A DNA stretch of 15,317 nt from a bacterium (lineage in GTDB: Bacteria > Acidobacteriota > Blastocatellia > HR10): NCBI GenBank assembly GCA_041640655.1, contig JBEPZV010000056.1:1-15317 (forward strand), in the 5' to 3' direction. Position 1 is the stretch's first letter. Each line of letters begins with the position of its first letter. Position numbers and translations under genes: made by a program. The notes beneath the pieces were generated by a model that worked only from the letters and a program-made list of their open reading frames with translations, ran no database searches and was not told the origin of the DNA. Below are positions 9,769-13,887 of the stretch, piece by piece.

Positions 9769-9822
9769 CGCGAGAACCGTGCGGATCGGCGACGCGCCGA
9801 TCCGCACGCGCGCCCTCTCGCG
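9769..9822. terminator. Strong GC-rich inverted repeat between convergent genes (candidate bidirectional terminator or processing stem)
   Basis: Perfect 14-bp stem CGTGCGGATCGGCG (9778-9791) / CGCCGATCCGCACG (9795-9808) with a 3-nt loop, extended by CGCGAGA (9769-9775) / TCTCGCG (9816-9822). There is no clear U-tract on either strand. Confidence 0.5.
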
Positions 9823-9927
9823 ATTGAATAATCGGTCCTCCTCTCACGTCCCCCCCGCTGATGGCTGGCCTCAGCGGCGGAAGGTTCTGCTGTCGACGTC
9901 AAGCGCGAGACCCCACGTCCGGCGTCC

Positions 9928-10731
9928 TCACGGATGCGGCGCGTGGCACTGCGTGCAGTTCATCTTGGCCTTCACGTTGTCCAGCCCCTTATCCCCGTGA
10001 CACCCGAGGCAGGTCGCGATGGACTCCGGTGGGACGTAGATGCTCTGGAATTGGCCATCAGCCCATTGATTCAATAGCTCCACGGCGCGAGCGGCGACAT
10101 CACCTGTGAGCCTGCCGCAGCGTTCTTTGCGTTCAAGCGAAGAGGCCCTGAATCCCGAATGCTCGCACCACAAGGTCACCGAGATATGACACAGGGGTGA
10201 GCCCGCGGCATTTTGTGGGAGCGGTCGCGTGTACTTCTGGACGAAGAACTGCCCCGTCTGCGCGTACTCGTTGCTGATGTCCGTCGGCAGGAGCGCTTGC
10301 GTGTACCACCCCTGCAATTCATGGATGAGCCGATCGGCCGTCGGCTTATCGCATACGAGCTGAATCGCGGCGCAGGCTCCAAGGAGCGCCCCACACGTCC
10401 CGCCCCATCCGACGACTCCCCCGTGCCCCCAGATCATGAGCTCAGGGGGGATCATCGTGTAGGGATACCCGACCGCCTCGCGCAATGGGATGATGATGGC
10501 CCTGAAAGCGCCATAGGCGCAGCCGTATCCTTTCTCCCAATACCCCTCGTGCCCGAGCTTGCGCACGTACTCAGGATCAAGCTTTCGGTAAGGCCACGGC
10601 CACGGCGGAAGCTCCATCTGGGCGATCCCTTCCCTTCCGATGAGGCTCAGCCCAGCTGCACCGACGGCGGCGCATGTGGCGCATTTGGTCGTCAACGTGA
10701 GGAACTCTTTTCGCGTCAGCTTCTTCCTCAT
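9928..10731 (-). CDS. Exported split-Soret cytochrome c-like / C_GCAxxG_C_C-family redox protein with two C-terminal CxxCH haem motifs
   Basis: Tat-like leader LTRKEFL plus a hydrophobic stretch. Family motifs PWPYRKLDP, GYGCAYGAF, GGVVGWGGTCGALLG, SPLCHISV and RKERCGRLTGDVA. C-terminal CLGCH and CTQCH. RBS GGAGG 8 nt upstream. Confidence 0.85.
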   Translation of the reverse strand: MRKKLTRKEFLTLTTKCATCAAVGAAGLSLIGREGIAQMELPPWPWPYRKLDPEYVRKLGHEGYWEKGYGCAYGAFRAIIIPLREAVGYPYTMIPPELMIWGHGGVVGWGGTCGALLGACAAIQLVCDKPTADRLIHELQGWYTQALLPTDISNEYAQTGQFFVQKYTRPLPQNAAGSPLCHISVTLWCEHSGFRASSLERKERCGRLTGDVAARAVELLNQWADGQFQSIYVPPESIATCLGCHGDKGLDNVKAKMNCTQCHAPHP

Positions 10732-10777
10732 TGCTCATCCCTCCGTGATGAGATCGGTATTTCCGCCTTCTACTTCG

Positions 10778-10793
10778 TGCAAGCGGCATGCCA
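10778..10793 (-). promoter_or_regulatory. Sigma-54 (-24/-12) promoter for the split-Soret-like cytochrome gene
   Basis: The minus strand reads TGGCATGCCGCTTGCA, i.e. TGGCAY-N5-TTGCW with exact GG-N10-GC spacing, about 47 nt upstream of the ATG. Confidence 0.8.
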
Positions 10794-10845
10794 CAAGCAG
10801 GGACATTGATTCTCCTGAAGTTAGATCGGGAGGGAGTGCCCCGTG

Positions 10846-10862
10846 CGTTGAAGAATTCAACG
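10846..10862. promoter_or_regulatory. Palindromic operator / candidate enhancer (UAS) site, copy 1
   Basis: CGTTGAA-GAA-TTCAACG, a perfect 7-3-7 inverted repeat, with an identical copy at 10935-10951. Confidence 0.7.
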
Positions 10863-10867
10863 ATAGG

Positions 10868-10884
10868 TGCTGAATTCCTCAACA
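10868..10884. promoter_or_regulatory. Degenerate, inverted copy of the palindromic operator (copy 2)
   Basis: The reverse complement TGTTGAGGAATTCAGCA matches CGTTGAAGAATTCAACG at 13/17. Its centre is 22 bp (about two helical turns) from copy 1. Confidence 0.55.
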
Positions 10885-10934
10885 GGACTAAGCGCGCGAT
10901 GCGCTGAGACTTGCCCCACATGCTCTCCGGCTCG

Positions 10935-10951
10935 CGTTGAAGAATTCAACG
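10935..10951. promoter_or_regulatory. Palindromic operator / candidate enhancer (UAS) site, copy 3
   Basis: CGTTGAAGAATTCAACG, identical to copy 1 (18 nt identical including the preceding G). Confidence 0.7.
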
Positions 10952-11041
10952 GACGCAGCGCGAGAGGGCCGCTCCACAGATCAGAGCGTGCGCATGTTCT
11001 TCGGATCGAACGACTTCCCCGCCGTCGGAGAGGACATCGTG

Positions 11042-11057
11042 CGGCACGCCGATTGCC
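11042..11057 (+). promoter_or_regulatory. Sigma-54 (-24/-12) promoter for the GcvH-like gene pair
   Basis: CGGCACGCCGATTGCC, i.e. YGGCAC-N5-TTGC with exact GG-N10-GC spacing, followed by RBS GAGGGAGGG (11072-11080) and ATG 11084. Confidence 0.7.
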
Positions 11058-11083
11058 CTAAAGGAAGAACTGAGGGAGGGACG

Positions 11084-12016
11084 ATGAACGAGGTGCGGTC
11101 GAGAGAACCGATCGAGGTCACCGGCCCTGGAGCTGGTCCGCGCTCCATCGAGCGTGAGGGTGCCGCTCCTGCGCTCCGGTGCGTGTGGATGTTGGCAGGG
11201 ATTGTGGACTACAAGCTGTGCGACCGCGACTACGAATGTGACCGTTGCCCTTTTGACCGTGCCCTTCGGGAGCGGACGAGGGAGATCGCCGGTGAGGAGG
11301 GAAACTCACGATCTCACGGTGAGCGCACGGCGCCTCACCACCTCTTCGCCCGATGGGGCTTCCACATGGCGGAGGCGCTCTTCTACCATCCGACGCATTT
11401 ATGGGCGCGCATCGAGCGGCGGGGGGACGTGCGAATCGGACTGGACGATTTCGGACAGAGGCTCCTCGGGCGGATCTATCAGGTGAGCTTTCCGGAAGTG
11501 GGCGCGCGCGTGATCGCCGGACACCCGCTGGGCAAGCTGGTGCATCAGGCCGGGGAGATCGTTCTGTCCGCCCCCCTGACGGGGATCATCCTTCAGCTCA
11601 ACGAGCGGCTCACGCGATACCCCTCCCTCATCAATCACGATCCGTATGGAGAGGGATGGTTGCTGCTGTTGCGACCGGAACGCTTGCGGGAGAGCTTGAA
11701 GCACCTGCTCTATGGGGAGCAGGCACGTTCCTGGTATGAGCGGGAGATTTTGAAGCTGCACCGAGCGGTTCGCGCGGCCATGCGCGCTTTGGGGACGCCC
11801 CCGGAAGTCCCGGCAGCAGGCCGCACGCTCCAAGATGGGGGCGTTCCCCTTGAAGGGGAGCGTACAGCGCACGAGATGCTGCCGCTGGCCGCGATGGGAC
11901 CGCTCATGGAATTCCTCGGTCCCGCGCGATGGGAACAGGTGATCGCGCGGTTCTTACAGCCACGGATCGGGCGCACGGCGAGTGCGCCCCGAAGGAAATC
12001 TTCGAAAGGGAGGTGA
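11084..12016 (+). CDS. GcvH (glycine cleavage H-protein)-fold protein with an N-terminal Cys-rich motif; lipoyl-lysine absent (about 310 aa; start reassigned to ATG 11084)
   Basis: H-protein fold motifs FYHPTHLWAR, VRIGLDDFGQRLLG, FPEVGA, LSAPLTG, LNERL and INHDPYGEGWL. N-terminal CVWMLAGIVDYKLCDRDYECDRCPFD. There is a good RBS at 11072-11080, whereas the ORF-track TTG start at 10937 lies inside the operator palindrome. Confidence 0.82.
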   Translation: MNEVRSREPIEVTGPGAGPRSIEREGAAPALRCVWMLAGIVDYKLCDRDYECDRCPFDRALRERTREIAGEEGNSRSHGERTAPHHLFARWGFHMAEALFYHPTHLWARIERRGDVRIGLDDFGQRLLGRIYQVSFPEVGARVIAGHPLGKLVHQAGEIVLSAPLTGIILQLNERLTRYPSLINHDPYGEGWLLLLRPERLRESLKHLLYGEQARSWYEREILKLHRAVRAAMRALGTPPEVPAAGRTLQDGGVPLEGERTAHEMLPLAAMGPLMEFLGPARWEQVIARFLQPRIGRTASAPRRKSSKGR

Positions 12017-12019
12017 ACA

Positions 12020-12712
12020 ATGGTCGCTCTCTTTGTCATTCTCACGATCATCGGATTCATCCTCGTGGATTCCGTCGTCCAATGGGCTGAGGCCCGACGC
12101 GGACGCCCTGTGAGGCGACCGGCGCTGCGTCCGACGCTCGCCTTCGAGACCGTCTCCATCCCTGCCGGCCTCTTCCTGGACGAAGGACACACGTGGGTGC
12201 GCCTGGAACCGAGCGGACGGACATTCATCGGCATGGATGAGTTCGTGCGTCGAGCCATCGGGCGCGTGGACGCCGTGGAATTGCCGAAAGTCGGCGCCAT
12301 GGTGCGACGGGGCGATCCGCTCTTCGCCATCACGCAGGGGGGCCGACGGGCCGTCTTCCGCGCCCCGCTCGATGGGGTGGTGAGTGCGGTCAATGAGAAC
12401 CTCATGCGCCATCCGGAGACGGGGCGAATGGATCCGTATGAGGATGGATGGATCTGCACGCTGACGCCGAAGAACCTGGCGGCGCACTTACGCCATCTGC
12501 TGGTCGCCGAGGAAGCGCGGGCGTGGCTCCAGGGCGAGATCGAACGCTTCAAGGAGTTCCTCACGTGGCGGCCGATGCCGCAGGCAGCTCTCGGACACGT
12601 CCTGCAGGACGGCGGGCAGTGGACCGATGGCGTCCTGGAGGCTCTGGATGAAACCCGTTGGGAGGAGTTCACCCGAACATTCCTGCGCAGCCCGCATCCA
12701 GCCGAGGGATGA
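12020..12712 (+). CDS. Second GcvH-fold protein with an N-terminal transmembrane helix; lipoyl-lysine absent
   Basis: MVALFVILTIIGFILVDSVV hydrophobic anchor. Fold motifs FLDEGHTWVR, IGMDEF, LPKVGA, FRAPLDGVVSAVNE and DPYEDGWI. It starts 3 nt after its paralogue's stop, with RBS GGAGG. Confidence 0.82.
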   Translation: MVALFVILTIIGFILVDSVVQWAEARRGRPVRRPALRPTLAFETVSIPAGLFLDEGHTWVRLEPSGRTFIGMDEFVRRAIGRVDAVELPKVGAMVRRGDPLFAITQGGRRAVFRAPLDGVVSAVNENLMRHPETGRMDPYEDGWICTLTPKNLAAHLRHLLVAEEARAWLQGEIERFKEFLTWRPMPQAALGHVLQDGGQWTDGVLEALDETRWEEFTRTFLRSPHPAEG

Positions 12713-12929
12713 GGCGAGCGAAGGAAGGCGCGTTTCCGCCGGCTCTCGCTCTGCGGGGATCGAAGCCTCATCGGATGCGCGAATCGCGCCTCCGGAAGCG
12801 AGTGATTTGCCCCACCCCTCTCTCGCGCGCGTAGCGGCGAGGGGTGAGGCGGGGAAAGCCCCCACCGTAAGTGCTTGACCTGACGGCTCTCGGCAGCCGA
12901 CTGCTGGAGGCGACCTCACGATCTCTGTG

Positions 12930-12945
12930 TGGAATGGGAATTGCA
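12930..12945 (+). promoter_or_regulatory. Probable sigma-54 (-24/-12) promoter for the Fe-S / NrfD-family genes
   Basis: TGGAATGGGAATTGCA has exact GG-N10-GC spacing and TTGCA at -12, with one deviation in the -24 element (GGAA for GGCA). RBS GGAGGA at 12958-12963 and ATG at 12969 follow. Confidence 0.6.
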
Positions 12946-12968
12946 TCACTTCATAATGGAGGACGCGT

Positions 12969-13808
12969 ATGGGCAGCAAAAAGGGCCTCCTCTTTGACGC
13001 GACCCTGTGCATCGGCTGCGGCGCCTGCTACCAGGCGTGCAAGGAGCGCAATCGGCTCCCCCCGACGGCGACGCACTTTTTGGAGGATCGGCTGTCGGAC
13101 CAAACCTACACGGTCGTGAAGAAACGTGGGGGACGATTCGTCCGCCAGCTCTGCATGCACTGCGAGGTCCCGACGTGCGCGTCCGTCTGTCCGGTCGGCG
13201 CGTTGGAGAAGACGGTTGCCGGCCCGGTCATCTATCACGAAGAGCGGTGCATCGGATGCCGCTACTGCATGTTGGCATGTCCCTTCGGGATCCCGAAGTA
13301 TGAGTGGCGGAAGATCCTGCCGCGCGTCCGAAAGTGCGATCTGTGTGCCGATCGCCTCGCGGTAGGGCGACCGACGGCTTGCGCCGAAGTCTGCCCCACG
13401 GGAGCGACGAAGTTCGGGGATCGTCAGGAGCTGATCGAGGAAGCCCGCGCGCGACTCCGCGCTCACCCGCAGAAGTACGTGCCGAGAATTTACGGCCTGG
13501 AGGAAGTCGGCGGAACGTCGGTCCTGTTGCTCTCGGATGTCCCGTTCGAGCGCCTGGGCTACCGAACGGATCTGCTTCGGGAGCCGCTCCCCCTGCTGAC
13601 GTGGCAGGTCCTGCAGAAGATCCCCAACTTCGTCATCGTCGGGGGCGTTCTGCTCGGGGGCATCTGGTGGATCACCAATCGGCGCCAGGAGGTGCAACGC
13701 CGAGAGCGCCAGGAGCGAAACCGACGACGAGACATCGAAGAACCGTTGCGCGATCTCCCGGAGCCATCAGGATCACCCCCGACGCCTGACTCGACGGATT
13801 CGTCATGA
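12969..13808 (+). CDS. 4x[4Fe-4S] electron-transfer subunit, HybA/FdnH/HmcB-like, with a C-terminal TM helix and no signal peptide
   Basis: Four cluster motifs: CIGCGACYQAC, CMHCEVPTCASVCP, CIGCRYCMLACP and KCDLC...ACAEVCP. Also IYGLEEVGGTSVL and a C-terminal hydrophobic helix IPNFVIVGGVLLGGIWWI. Confidence 0.9.
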   Translation: MGSKKGLLFDATLCIGCGACYQACKERNRLPPTATHFLEDRLSDQTYTVVKKRGGRFVRQLCMHCEVPTCASVCPVGALEKTVAGPVIYHEERCIGCRYCMLACPFGIPKYEWRKILPRVRKCDLCADRLAVGRPTACAEVCPTGATKFGDRQELIEEARARLRAHPQKYVPRIYGLEEVGGTSVLLLSDVPFERLGYRTDLLREPLPLLTWQVLQKIPNFVIVGGVLLGGIWWITNRRQEVQRRERQERNRRRDIEEPLRDLPEPSGSPPTPDSTDSS

Positions 13809-13887
13809 CGGCTCAACCCAAAAGAAGATCCGGCTTCCTCGCGCACGTCAACCGCTCGACAGATACGGTCCGGCGAAGGAGGGATGT

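Noticed and set aside
10802..10824. Possible IHF site (ATTGATTCTCCTGAAGTTA) between the leftward sigma-54 promoter and the palindromes
   Set aside because: The position is right and the TTGATT half matches, but the YAA half of the consensus is missing; too weak to call.
10845..10951. Repeated 18-mer as a mini CRISPR array or transposon terminal repeats
   Set aside because: There are only two exact copies, shorter than CRISPR repeats and 71 nt apart, with no cas or transposase gene in the window; operator sites explain them better.
10937..11083. ORF-track N-terminal extension of the first GcvH-like gene (TTG 10937)
   Set aside because: It starts within an operator palindrome, upstream of the predicted sigma-54 promoter, and has no RBS; ATG 11084 has a strong one.
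11084..12712. Annotation as true gcvH or as sHdr-associated lipoate-binding LbpA
   Set aside because: The lipoyl-Lys motif is absent, and no gcvT/P, sHdr or lipoate-assembly genes are in the window.
13820..13840. KRRSGFL in the micro-ORF as a Tat signal
   Set aside because: The spacing is RRxxFL rather than RRxFL, and no hydrophobic h-region or passenger domain follows.
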